Origin: the human T2T-CHM13v2.0 reference genome, Homo sapiens
Length of the DNA stretch: 64,000 nucleotides
Assembly (NCBI RefSeq): GCF_009914755.1
Contig: NC_060947.1
Reading direction: 5' to 3' (one strand)
Shown one piece after another: positions 25,681 through 38,977 of this stretch (positions within the stretch are counted from its first letter, which is position 1; each line of letters begins with the position of its first letter). Under the pieces are notes generated by a model. The model worked only from the letters and a program-made list of their open reading frames with translations, was not told the DNA's origin and did not search any database. Position numbers and translations under genes: made by a program.

Positions 25681-27109
25681 ATCCATTTTGCACCCATGTG
25701 TGGGCAGACAGGCTTTCCTTTTGAGGCAGAGCAAATGTGGTAAAAAGAAATGCAGCCAATGGAGGGGGAGCGCTTGTAACTGTGGCGTAATATAATCTAC
25801 CCTGTATCAACGTGTGCTTTGCTCAGCATTGTTAGGACAGCAAAGGGGCATATTAGAATCTGAACTCGAAGTCTGGAAGTAGCTGGAGAATGGAGATTGT
25901 AAATTAAGAATTAGAAGGTAGTGTGTGTCTCGTTTTCGAGTTGCTGTCAGAGAGTCAGGCAGCCAGCCCTGTGGAGGGCTTGGCTGGGTGGGCTCCTCTG
26001 GCAATGGTGGGAGGTTGTTTGGGTTTGGCTCTTAATGAGATCTCAGTGTTAATATCTGCCTCTGGAAGTTCCAGCACCAGCCTCGGAATTTTAAGTGGGA
26101 CAGTAGTTTTGGTGCAGTTGCCAACGTCACATGGTTTGCGTGTCTAATTCTGAAAGACTGGCATGCTTTATGCTAGGCTTCGGGAGGAGGGCACAGCGTT
26201 TCTAAGCTGCTTGTCTGTCAAGGATTAATTTAACCTCTAATTACTACATTTTCTTCGCAGTTTGCTGCACGAACATGTTGTAACAAAGCTCAAAGAAGTA
26301 TGCCATTTTATTTCCCTGCCACTCTAAAATTAATTTCCGGAATACGGAGTCAAACCTGACACACTTGGTGTTAAAATAATTGTGCTGACATTCGAGCTAA
26401 AGTGAACAATCTGGTTGTTTCTAGTGATCCCCCAGCCATGGGGTAAAGAGCATTATCATGTTAGTTGCCATGACAGTTCTCGAAATGAGCCCTGAAAATA
26501 TCAAGGAGTGTCACTGCACTAATCCCACCAGGGGAGCACCAGACACAAAGGTAACACCCGAGCACGTGGCTGGGGTGTTAGTTTTGGAGTATGACTGATG
26601 CCCTGTGCAATAGGGCAGCCAGGGAGTCCTTTCTCACCCACTAATAGGGCTCGTGGTGAGGTCTTGTCCCACAGCACGAGGTGAGCACATTATCAAATCG
26701 GAGGCTCCCAAGAGCCTGCCCCTGGGGCCAAACCTGTTCTGAGTGGCTGTGACAATGAAATCACAAGATGAAGTTAATGGGGATTCTCCAGGCAGGCTTT
26801 TCTCCCTCCTCCTGCCTGCTCTTCCTGGGCGTCCCGCACCAGCAATCCCCAAGAGTAACAGCCCTTTGGCAGTCCCACATATATCTTTTATCCCCACCTT
26901 CCCAAACAGCAGCAGTGGATCCCAGAGTGGGAGGCCCGTTCCCCATTCTGGGTGCTTGAGAAGACTGCATTCTCAGGCCCTGGTTGGGGAGACTTAGCAG
27001 CATTGTTGGTTGCCTAGTTTGGGTCCACCGAAGCTGATTTGTGGGATTTGAGAGTTGGCCAGGTTAGCCATTTGAGTTCTCATCTCCTTGCTCAGGTGGT
27101 TGTGAAGAG

Positions 27110-27149
<40 letters not shown>

Positions 27150-27188
27150 TACACACACACAGACACACTCACACACTCACCCTCTCTC
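27110..27188. repeat. (CT)n(CA)n compound microsatellite
   Basis: Read directly. Confidence 0.9.
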
Positions 27189-27741
27189 AGGAGTAGAACT
27201 TTGCCAAGATAGCAAAGGCTAGGTCTGAAGCCCTATTCTGCATACGGCTGGGGACAGGCTCACTGGCATTTTCAGCCATGCCTTTGGCTGCCAAATCCCG
27301 AGCAAATCGAGTTTAGGTTCAGTACCCCTACATTTTCCTTACCGGTTTCTAGACTTGCCTCCTGCTTCTCACACCCCCTCTCCACCTTACCTAGAAAGAT
27401 GCCATCCTCAGCCCGCTGTACCTTAGTGGGATTCCCTTCCTCTGGAGAATCTGGAGCCTCTAACTTGAATTAAAAGATGCAAGAGTTACCATGCCTTGGA
27501 GAGAATCTGCTGTTTAGGGCACAGGTAAGGAGGTATTCAGGGCTTAGGGAAGCCCTCTAATCCACACCCCACCCTCCACCCCACCAAATGGTACCATGCC
27601 TGGCATAAAGCTGGTCCTATTTATGAGTTAGAGAACTGCCTGGTTGCCAAGGTTTTTCTGAGCTTGCCCTCAGGGAAGCTAACCCCAGTTGGTCTCTTGA
27701 ACCTCAAATCATAACAAAAATGACTCCCTATCCTCTGAAGC

Positions 27742-27925
27742 AGGAGTGGCTGTTTGCCTCTTAGGGATCACAGACTTCTTTGTGAATCTGATGAAAGCTC
27801 TGGGTCTTCTCCTTAGACAATTGAAAAATAACACGCAATGTTGCATCTAATTTAGGGTACTACTAGGCCTTAAGCCCACTCATGGTTCTCTCGAGGATCT
27901 TTTGTCACAGGTTAAGAAAGCCTCA
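27742..27925. mobile_element. hAT-Charlie MITE (MER117-like)
   Basis: 'tttgtgaatctgatgaaagctctgg...caggttaagaa'. Confidence 0.55.
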
Positions 27926-29639
27926 ATATGAGCTTTCGGCAGGAGACATTGACCAACTGTGGGATTTTAGGCAAGTCTGTGAACCTGCCAAGTCTCAGTG
28001 CCCTCAGTTGTCAGATGGAAATATCAGAATGTCAGTTCCACCAAGTTTGGAGCATTGTGGGAGATTCAAAAGAGACGGTGTTGGTGAGATGGTCCTGTAA
28101 ATATCAGGCTCAGGGCACACTCATGGGTTGCTCTCTTTAGTGTCAGTGTTTACTATTTATTTTGCATTTCCATTTGATGTGAGAAATTTAACAAGAGAAA
28201 ATCAGGCTTCTTTTGACTTGAAAAGTCATTTTGTCCCTTTCTTTGATACTGCATAAGTTACGCCCAGGCAAACTGGCATTAAAGAGACTCTGGCTTGGGA
28301 GGGACCTCAAAGAGCATGCAGTGTGTCCAGGATCTAGACAGTTTTAGAGATCCCAATTACCCAGCCCTCGGCAGTTCCAGAATGGGTCAAGGATGTGTGT
28401 AGCCAGTCCAGTGCCTTGAGGAGGTTCCACATTTGCCTGCTGCAGAAGTGAGAAAATGGGATCTGAGGAGGCAGATAGTTGTTTGGTTTTTCACATTTCA
28501 GTACGGTCACACCGGGCATGAGAAGGTAAAGTGGATCCTGGGTGTCTCTCTCATAGTCACTGAAAGGGCCTAGCCAGACCCTCATGAAAACTGGGAAGTA
28601 GTCTCACCCCAGGATCTGTCCAGGGCCCCATCCTGAGGAAGTGGGGTCGTGTCCTTTTGGAGAGGAGCCTCAGGTTGGGCCTGCTGGTGTGTGGGGGGTC
28701 TGCTTAGGAGGGAAGAGGATGGCTGGACTCCATTCAAATAAGACTTCCACAACCTTCCCCGTCTAACCCTGGAAGTGTGGAAAGTCTTCTCATGGCAAGG
28801 CCACGAGGGCTCATATATCAAAGATGGGGAAACTGAGGCCCAGAGAGGAGCAGGTGCTGGCCCTGGGTCTCATGACAAGTCATGAAGACATTTCCTTGGC
28901 CCTTGTTGATCCTGTGCACCTTCCAAGTTCTCTGTCTGGCTCCTCACAATAGTGTATTTTCAATTCTCCTAGAAACACAAGCCCATCATCATATTAACCT
29001 GGCCCTGATGAATGCTCAGGTCCTCAAAGTCAGCCCTAGAAAGTAAATAGCAGGTTTGGAAAGCCCTTTGAACCCTCAGAGGGAGATCCTGGCCTTGCTC
29101 AGCCTGTTGCTATGCAGTTCCAAAGTGGAGGCTGCCACGCATTTGCAGAGCTTTTAAGTCCCTTCCCCCACCCCATGTGCATTTTAGGAACCTTTTGGAA
29201 AGAAATGTGTTGCTAGGAGCTTGGGCTTTCCCTCTCCTTTAGAAAGAGAGAACTGTTTTTGCTTTGAATTGCCTTGCAAACAGATTGAGGTGTCTCCCTA
29301 CCCATTCTTTCTTTTGTTAAACCAACCCGATTTGCCACGGGTAGTTAAGTGGAGATCATGTTGAAAAAGAGTGCTTAGCACAGGGTCACTACGCAGAGTG
29401 GCTCCCATTCCCATCCTTGGCAGAGCATCTCACCCTTAATTTCATTATTAATCTGGAGGGAGAGGAATCGTGCAAGTCAGTTGAAAGCAGATGCCACCTA
29501 GGAATTTTAGGTCCATCACGTCATCAAACAAAATGAGAGTAGTTTGTAAATTGGAAAGTTTGGCAGTGGGTGGTTGCCCTTTGGAAGATTCACTGTTTCA
29601 GACCAGCTTTCTGAGTCTGGGAGGAGTCCCTGGTGCTAC

Positions 29640-29822
29640 AGTGGGAAGAATACCCACCTGAGGGCCACCGACATGTGGTCTGGCTTCAGCTTTGATACCA
29701 ACTAGCCATGGCACTTGGGGCAAGCTATTTCCTCAGACTGGGCATCATTTTCTCCATCTGTACAATGAAGGAATGGTGTAGGGGCATCCAAAGGGCTCCT
29801 CCAGCTCTGGCATTTCTGAATT
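29640..29822. mobile_element. MIR SINE
   Basis: 'cttggggcaagctatttcc...tttctccatctgtacaatgaagg...ccagctctggcatt'. Confidence 0.65.
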
Positions 29823-30829
29823 CTCCAGTAGCAAGTTAAACTCTAAGTTACTTAAAATATTTGAAAAGGATAAGTAATAATTTGTTCTTTTTGAAATTAC
29901 CAGAGACTTGAAAGCATGGGGTTGTATTTTTGTTTGGGTAGGTGGGGACTGTGACTGTTACATAAGTGATAACAGTTTTAGAAGTTTTAGCTAAAGACAA
30001 AGTTGACATGTATTTATGTAGGACCAAATAATAGAAAAAAATTCCTTTAGAGACCCCTTGTTTTATGCTTGAGGATGCTGCAGCTGAAGAAAAATATCAT
30101 GCTTGCCCAGGCTTCCCTGGCAAGCTGCTAGGAGCTGAGGTGGTCCAGGACCCAGGAGGCCCAGCTTGCAACCCACTGCTTGCCCCACACCGCACTTCCT
30201 AGGATCTTACAGAAGAAGCCTCCAGGCCCTCAACTCCAAATGGGACCTGCAGTCAGCAGAATATAGGGCTGAGTGATTCTGATTTCTAGCTATCAGATAC
30301 TAGCTTATCAGAATGGAATTTTTATTCTCCACCCCTGCCCCCAACATCCAAGGGTTCTCTGTTAACAGTAAATATTTAATTTTCTTGGTTTTGTACCAAT
30401 GCCTAATTTAAAATAAAACAGATTTTTTGAATATTGGGGGGTGGTCCTTAGGGGCTTGTTATTTGGATTTATTTTATTTCAAACAGATGGGCTGTTTTAG
30501 GTTTGACTTCATATTTGCTAATTTTCATTATGGAAAAAAAAAAAAAACAATCCCAAGCCACCCCACCCTTATTTTTGTACTGAGTAACAGTTTGTCTTGT
30601 CTAAAAGAAGCTTTTATTTTCTCAACTGTTTGCACCCAGCGTATTCAGCCTTATTTTGTATTTTTAATCACATAAATGTGTTGGCCACCTATAGCTTATG
30701 GGATGTTCACAAAATGCGCCCCACTCATTCCCGAACAGCCACCAACTTTGGGACTGTATCTCTCAGCTCCAGCCCAGCTACCTCTTGTCTAGTTCCCAGC
30801 CATCCACTCCTCTGGCCTGAAGCCAGACT

Positions 30830-30990
30830 GTATGGAGGTGCAGAGTCAGAGAGGCCTTGGCCTTGGAGGGAGGCACCCTGGTGCCTGGCCCAGCTCTACT
30901 GCCTTGCTGTGTGACCTTGGGCAAGTCCCTTCCCCTCTCTGGGCCTCACGGTTCCCACTGTTACAAAGAGGAGGCTGACCTAAAGGGGCT
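30830..30990. mobile_element. MIR SINE
   Basis: 'gctgtgtgaccttgggcaagtcccttcccctctctgggcctca'. Confidence 0.8.
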
Positions 30991-31334
30991 TTGTGGAATT
31001 TTCCTCTTATTATGTTAGATTGTTATATTTGGAAGATGTGACTTGACCAGTACAGTACATGACCTTTAAATCCTTTCTAGAAGCAATATTTAGTGATGTT
31101 TCTGAAAGAGTTAGGAGGTCTATATCTCTGAGATGAACTAGTACTTTCTGAAATTTATGAAAACAACAGTTACCACTCTTTGAATACCCACTGTGCCTGG
31201 AGACTCTTGTCCTGCTGTTTCTTAGAAACTCACCCATCAGCTGTGAGCATTTTCTAATGGTTTCCCCTCAGGCCTTTAATCTTTGATCTCAATACCTTCT
31301 CCCTAGGAGATTAATTGATCACTTCTAACTCTTT

Positions 31335-31473
31335 TTTTAATTTAATTTTTCACTTGACATAAATTCAGACTCTCAGAATATTTGCAAGAATAATACAAAT
31401 AATGTTTAAATACCTTTCACTTGATTCCCCAAATGTTAACATTTTACCACATTCTATGTTATATCTACCACCC

Positions 31474-31518
<45 letters not shown>

Positions 31519-33195
31519 TTTATTCTGAACTTTATGAGAACAAATTGTAGGTATGATGCTCTTTTATCTCCAAATACTGCATTATATATTTCCTAACATT
31601 TCCTAAAACGTTCTCCTGCATAAGCACATATTGATCAAAATCAGGAAGCTAATAGTGGTACTAATCTATCTAAAGACTTTAATCTAAAGGCTTTATTCAG
31701 ATTTTGCCAATTGTCCTAATAATGTCCTTTATAGCAAAAGAAAATCCAGGATCATGCAGTGCATTCAGTCGTTTTGTCTCTTTAGTGTCCTTTAATGTTG
31801 AATGGTTCCTCAATCTGTCTTAGTGTTTTGTAGCATTGACATTTCTGAAGAGTACACGCCAGTTATTTTGCATAAAGTCCCTCAGTTTGAGTTTGTTGCC
31901 TGATGTTTCCTCATAGTTAGATCAGGGTTATGTACTATTGGCAGAAATACCACAGAAGTGATGTTGTCCATCAGTGTATCATATCAGGAGGTCCACGATG
32001 TTAGTTCCATTCATCCTATTCCTGGTGATTGTCACTTTGATCACTTGGTTAAGGTGATGTCTGCCAGATATCTCCACTGTCCAGTTCCTATTTCTTCCCG
32101 TTGCAATTAATGAGTATCTTGGGGAAATAAATATATTTTGAGGCTGTTAGTATCCTAGTACACCTCAAACTTTCACTCACTAGTTTAGCATTTATTGATG
32201 GTCTGTGCCTGGGGCAAGATGGTCAGTGCATTATGCTGGTTGCCAAATAATGAATTTCTGATTCCATCATCCATTCTACATTTATTAGTTGACTTTCTAC
32301 TATAAGAAAGAACTTTTCTTTCACTCCCATTTATTTACTTATGCTTTTATTTATATTAGGTTGACTTGTGCATTTTTACTTTGAGTTATAATCCTTTCCT
32401 ATCATTATTTATTTTGATGCTCAAATTGCCTGAGGTTTGTCCCGTGGGAACTCCTTCAAACTAGTTCCTATGTCTTTCTGACATGCCCCTAATCATCCTC
32501 TGAGCGCGCCCTTAATTTCTGGCACATCTGCTCCAGGCTCATCTTGTGCTTTCCCTGCCTTAGCCTTAATATCAGCCATTTTCCCATGGAATCTTAACTT
32601 CTTTTAGTGAAGAATGGTATTTAAAAACTAAGATCTGGGTACTAAAAGCATGCGCATTTCTACAGATGTGGCATTGTTACTAAACCCTCTCAGTCCACAA
32701 AGCTAGGAAAATAATTAACTCACATCTATATCTATTCCTTTTTATTTATTATTTTGGTAATATCTATTTCTCTATCTATCTATCTACCTGCCTACCTACT
32801 TACCCATAAACCATGAGTTCACACTGATAACCTCCAAATTCCAATACAACAGCAAAGTTCATTCTATCTTCCCCCTTCCCATATTTGTAGTTTCCTTGCA
32901 AAACAGTGAGAAATCTCTCTGCCATTACCATAATATATTTACTCACTTAATCCTAGAATATATAGAAGCTAGTTTCAGAGTTGCTAACCCATGACTCTAT
33001 GAAGAAGCCAATTGACAAGAGTACAATATTTGTTCAGAATTATTTTTGTCTTTTCGTAAGAGTGAATCCTTCAAGCACTGTTAAAAAGTTACCTGGGCTA
33101 GTTCATCTCCCGGGCCCCACTGAGGTCATTTGAATATGGTTTAGTTCACTTGTTTCTGTTTAGATTCCTTTTTGTCTGCCCCCCACCCCTGAACC
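31335..33195 (-). mobile_element. L1MC4-like LINE-1 3' region
   Basis: 'aaattcagactctcagaa...ttgcaagaataatacaaa...ccccaaatgttaacattttaccaca' L1MC-type 3' end. Confidence 0.7.
31477..31516. repeat. (CA)20 microsatellite
   Basis: Read directly. Confidence 0.95.
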
Positions 33196-33199
33196 ATCT

Positions 33200-34878
33200 T
33201 TCTTTGTTAATTTTAATTATTTTTCTGTGAGCATGTGAAATAATAACATAGTTTCAAAAGTTAGAACTGTACAAAAAGAAATCCTCAGAAAAGTGACATC
33301 TCCCATTACTTCTGTCCTTTCCACCTCATTCCACTCATTTCCTGTAAGTAACCAACTTCATTAGCTTTTCTGTGTTTCCTTTTGCACAAATGAACAGATA
33401 TCTGTGTATTTTCCCATACCCCTTCCTTACATAAGGGTGGCTTAATAGACATACTCTTTTGAGCTTTGCTTGTTCACTCAAACGCATGTCCCAGAAATCA
33501 CTCCATATAGAGATCTTCTTCATTCTTTCATTACAGCTGCATAGTACTGCATTGTGTAGATGTACCATAGATTATTCAACCAACCTCCTATGTGTAGCCA
33601 TTTAGATTGTTTCCAATATTTTGCAATTAAAAATAAAACAAACAACCCAGTACATATGTATTTTCATATTGTTAGAGGTATATCTTAAAGAGTACATTTC
33701 TATAAGTGGGATTAATGTGTCAAAATGTAAAAACAAATGTAGTTTTGTTAGGTATTGCCAAATTCCCCTCCAGAAAGATTGTACCAATTTGCATTCCCAT
33801 TAGCAATGTATGAGAGTGTTTTTTTCCCCAAAGCCTCACCAACAAAGTATTTGCTTTACTTTTTAATTTTTACAAATCTGATAGGTGAGAAATGGTATCT
33901 CAGTGTAGTTTAATTAGCATTTTTCTAATTAGGAGTGGCTTGGAACATCTTTTCATATGCTTAAGAGCCCTTTTGATATTTTTATGTGTGTGAATTATCT
34001 GTTCATGTCTTTTCTCCCTTTTTCTATTGGGTTTTTAGTCTTTTACCCTCAATTTTAAGAGTATTTTTCTGTGTTAGGTATATTAGCTTTTTTTATTTGT
34101 GATATATGTTGCAAGTAATTTCACTTAATTGGTTTGTGGTTTTTTTCAATGTTTGTTTTGTTTTGCCATGCAAAAAATTTTTTTATGTCGTCAAGTATCA
34201 GTCTTTTCTTTTATCATATCCGGATTTGAATCACAGTTAGAAAGCCTTTCCTCACATCCAGTTTAAAGAGAAATTCACCAAATTTTCTTCCAGTATTTGT
34301 ATGGTTTCATGTTTTACATTTAGATTCCTAATCCATTTGGAGTTTATTCTTATGAATGGTATATGGGAGGGATCTTACTTTACCTCTTTCCTTTTTTCTT
34401 TTTGTTTCTCTTTTTTATTCTTTTTTAGAGACAGGGTGTCACTCTTTCACCCAGTCCGGAGTGCAGTGGCATAGTCATAGTCAGTGGTGGGGTGGTGTGC
34501 CACAACCACACTTGGCTAAATTTTTTTTTTTTTAATGTTTTGTAGAGAGTGGATATTGCTATGTTGCTCAGGCTGGTCTCAAACTCCTGGGCTTAGGCGT
34601 TCCTCCTGTCTCAGCCTTCCAAAATGCTGGGATTATAGGCATGAGCCACAGCACCCATCCCCTTCCCTTTTTTCAAGAGACTACCCAGCTATCGCAGCCC
34701 CATTTTACAAATGTTCATCTTGCTCCAGTGATTTGAAAAGTCACCATTATTATATATTCAGTCTCCACATATACTTGGGTCTATTTCTACATGCATATTT
34801 TATTCCACTGGTCAATTTGCCTATTCTTCTTCCAGTACCACACTGTTTTAATTATAGAGGCTTTATTGTGATTTTTAA
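33200..34878 (-). mobile_element. L1ME-like LINE-1 (outer host of the nested stack; appears to resume at ~50838-51200)
   Basis: Degenerate L1 3'UTR/ORF2 C-terminus (MVQSFWRGIWQYL..L...FD..IPL). Confidence 0.7.
34391..34661 (-). mobile_element. AluJ-like element with internal deletion in the right arm
   Basis: T-rich tail, partial right arm, A-rich linker, full left arm 'ctcaaactcctgggctt'. Confidence 0.85.
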
Positions 34879-36303
34879 CAGCCTTTTATTTTGAGATAAT
34901 TGTAGAGTCACATACAGTTTTAGGAAACAATACTAGAAAGATCCTATTTACCCTTCACCCAGTTCACAGCCAGGACAGTCACATTGATACACTCCATCCA
35001 CCTTATTCAGAGTTTACCAGTTATACATGCACTTATTTGTGTACATGTGTGAGTATTTAATTCAAAGCAGTTTTATCAAATGTGTAGAGTCATGTGACCA
35101 CAGTCAAGAAAAAGAAATAGTGCCATCACCACAAGGATATGCAATCCTTTGTGTTGCTGTTTTATACCAAACCCACTTCCCTCCTGATCTGCTCTACCCC
35201 AACTTCTGAACCCATGGCAACTAACCAGTAATCTGTTCTCCATTCCTATAGTTTTGTTATTTCAAGAATGTTATGTAAATTCAATCATATAGCATGTGAT
35301 CTCTTGAGATTGGCTTTTTTCCCTCAGCATAATTCTGATAGTGGTGTAGTGCAATACAGGAGTAGTCCATTCTCACAGGTGTGTAGAGATATCTCATTGT
35401 CATATTAATTTGCATTTCCCTAACGCCTAATGAGATTGAACATATTTTCTGGAGTTTATTTTTCATCCATATAACTTCACGGAATGTCTGTTCATGACTT
35501 TGGCCCATTTTCTAGTTGGATTATTTGCATTTTTTCTCTTTTTTTTCACTGTTGAGTTTTGCAAGTTCTTTATATATTCTAGATACTTGTATTTTGTCCA
35601 ATATGTAATTTGAAAATACTTTCTCTCAGTCTGTATCTTATCTTTCCCTCCTTTTAATAGGTTCTTTCACAAAAAGACTATTTTGGGGGTCAGATTTTTG
35701 TGGTTGAGTCTAAGAACTCTACCCCAAGTCTTAGGTCCTGAAAATTTTCTCTAATATTTTTTAAGTTTGATGGTTACACATTTAAGGCCATAATCGATTT
35801 TGAGTTGATTTTTGTATAAGGTGTGAGGTTTAGGTTGATGTTTATTATTTTTTTGCCTATGGATGCTCAATGGCTCTAGTAGCATTTGTTGAAAAGGCTA
35901 TCCCCACCTCACTGAACTGCTTTTACACCTTTGTCAAAAATTCGTGGGAAATATTTTTATGGGTCTATTTCTGGGCTCCTTATTCTGCTCCACTGATCTA
36001 TGTGTCTATCCCTCTGCCAATACCACACAGTCTTGACTAATGTAGCCATATAAAAATGTTAATACTGGGTAAAAGTACTCCTCCCATTGTATAATTGTTT
36101 CTCAAAATTGTTTTAACCTAGGACTTGTGCCTTTCCATATATTTTAGAATAACCTTGTCTACGTCTACAAAAAACTTTGCTGAGATTTTGATGAGAACTG
36201 CATTAAACCTACAGGTCAATTCAAGAATTGACATCTTTACTATGTTGAGTCTTCTAGGCAGTAAACATAGTATGTCTCCTCTTTTATTTAGGTCTTTATT
36301 CTT

Positions 36304-37128
<825 letters not shown>

Positions 37129-37254
37129 GTCTTTATTTCTTACAAAAGCATTTTGTAACTTTCTGGATGCAGATCCTATACACATTATATTATATTAAAT
37201 ATCTAAGTATTGCATTTTCTATGCAGCAGTTGTAAATGGTATGTGTTCTCTTAA

Positions 37255-38438
37255 CACAGTTTTATTGATACCATTCACATACCACCGAATTCACCCATTT
37301 AAAATATTCAGTTCAGTGGCTTTTAGTATATTCATAGTTGTACCATCATCACCAGTATCTAATTTCAGAATATTTTAGTTACCCTGAAAAGGAACCACAT
37401 ATCCATTAGCAAACATCCTCAATTACCCCCTGCCCAAGCCCTTAGTAACTATTAATATGCTTTCGGTCTATATGGATTTACTTATTCTAGGTATTTCCTA
37501 TAAATAAAACCATAAGATAAATAGCCTTTTGTGACTGACTTCTTTCCCTTAGCATAATGTTTTCAAGCTTCATCCATGTTGTAGCTTGTATTAGTACTTC
37601 ATTCCTTTTCTTTGCCAAATAATATTCCACATATTATTTGTGATACACCATATGTTGTTTCTCCATTCATCAGTTGATAGAAATTTGAGCTGTTATCACT
37701 TTTTGATTCTTATGAATAATGCTGTTGTTAACATTCATGTACAAGTTTTTGTGTGGACATATGCTTTCATTTCTCTTGGGCATATACCTAGGAATGGAAT
37801 TTTTGCATCATATGGTAACTCTATGTTTAGCATTTTGAGGAACTGCCAAACTGTTCCAAAGTAGTTGTGCCATTTAACAATCTCACCAACAATATATAAG
37901 AGTTCCAGTTTCTCCACATCCTTGCCAACACTTGTAAATTTCTGTCTTTTTTATTATGGCTGTTCTAGTGAGCATAAAGTGGTATTTCATTATGATTGTG
38001 ATTTGCATTTCCCTGTTGGCTATGATTTTGAGCATCTTTTCACGTGCTTTATTGGCCATTTGTATATCTTCTTTGGAGAAGTGTTTATGCAGAGCCTTTG
38101 CCCATTTTTATATTGGATTATTTGTCTTTCTATTGTTGAACTGTAAGCATTGTTTATATATTCTGAATTCTAGACCTTCATCAGATATAAGAGTTGCAAA
38201 TATTTGCTCCCATTCTGTGGGTCATATTTACACTTCCTTGATGGTATTATTCGCAGCACAAAAATTTTAATTTTGATGAAAGCTAATTTATTTAGTTTTT
38301 CTTTTCTCACTTGTGCTTTTTGTATCATATCTAAGAAACTATTTCTTAACCCAAAGTCAAAGATATATTTCTATGTTTCTTCCAAGAGTTTTATAGTTTT
38401 AGTTCTTACATTTAGATTTATCTTCCATTTTGAGTTTT
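37255..38438 (-). mobile_element. L1MB-like LINE-1 3' region
   Basis: 3' end 'ttcacatacca...aattcacccatttaaa...ttcagtggcttttagtatattca'; ORF 37735..37917 resembles the ORF2 C-terminus. Confidence 0.75.
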
Positions 38439-38439
38439 T

Positions 38440-38934
38440 AAATTTTAAAATGTTTAGTTAATAAAAATTGTGTATATTCAAGGTGTACATGATTCGATAT
38501 ATGTATATATTGTGTAATGATTACCACAATCAAATTAATTAACACATCCATTACCTCTCATAATTACCATTTTTTTGTGTATATATGTGTGTGGTGAGGA
38601 CACTTAAAATCTGCCCTCTTAGCAAGTTTCAAGGGAACAATGCAGTACTACTAACTATAGTCACCATGCTGTACATTAGATTCCCAGAACTTATTCATCT
38701 TATAACTGAAGGTTTGCACACTTTCACCAAGATCTTCCCATTTCCCCCACCTCTAAGACATTAACAACCACTATTCTACTCTCTGCTTCTAGGAGTTCAG
38801 CATTTTAAATTTCTACATATAAGTGAGACCATATATTATTTGTCTTCTTTGTCTGGCTTATTTCCACTTCAGGTCATGCAGGTTCATCCATGTTGTTGAA
38901 AATGGCAGGATTTCTTCTTTATGCCTGAACAATA

Positions 38935-38935
<1 letters not shown>
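38440..38935 (-). mobile_element. L1MA9/10-like 3'UTR fragment
   Basis: 'aaaattgtgtatattcaaggtgtac...gattaccacaatcaaattaattaacacatcc...ggtgaggacacttaaaatct'. Confidence 0.75.

Positions 38936-38936
<1 letters not shown>

Positions 38937-38972
<36 letters not shown>
38937..38972. repeat. (AC)18 microsatellite at the Tigger terminus
   Basis: Read directly. Confidence 0.95.

Positions 38973-38977
<5 letters not shown>

Noticed and set aside
26514-26540. CTCF-like motif ccaccaggggagcac
   Set aside because: Core is one G short of consensus spacing; unsupported without ChIP data
27353-27530. Possible exon ending at CAG|GTAAGG (27524)
   Set aside because: Splice-like signals alone are frequent by chance; no coding or other support
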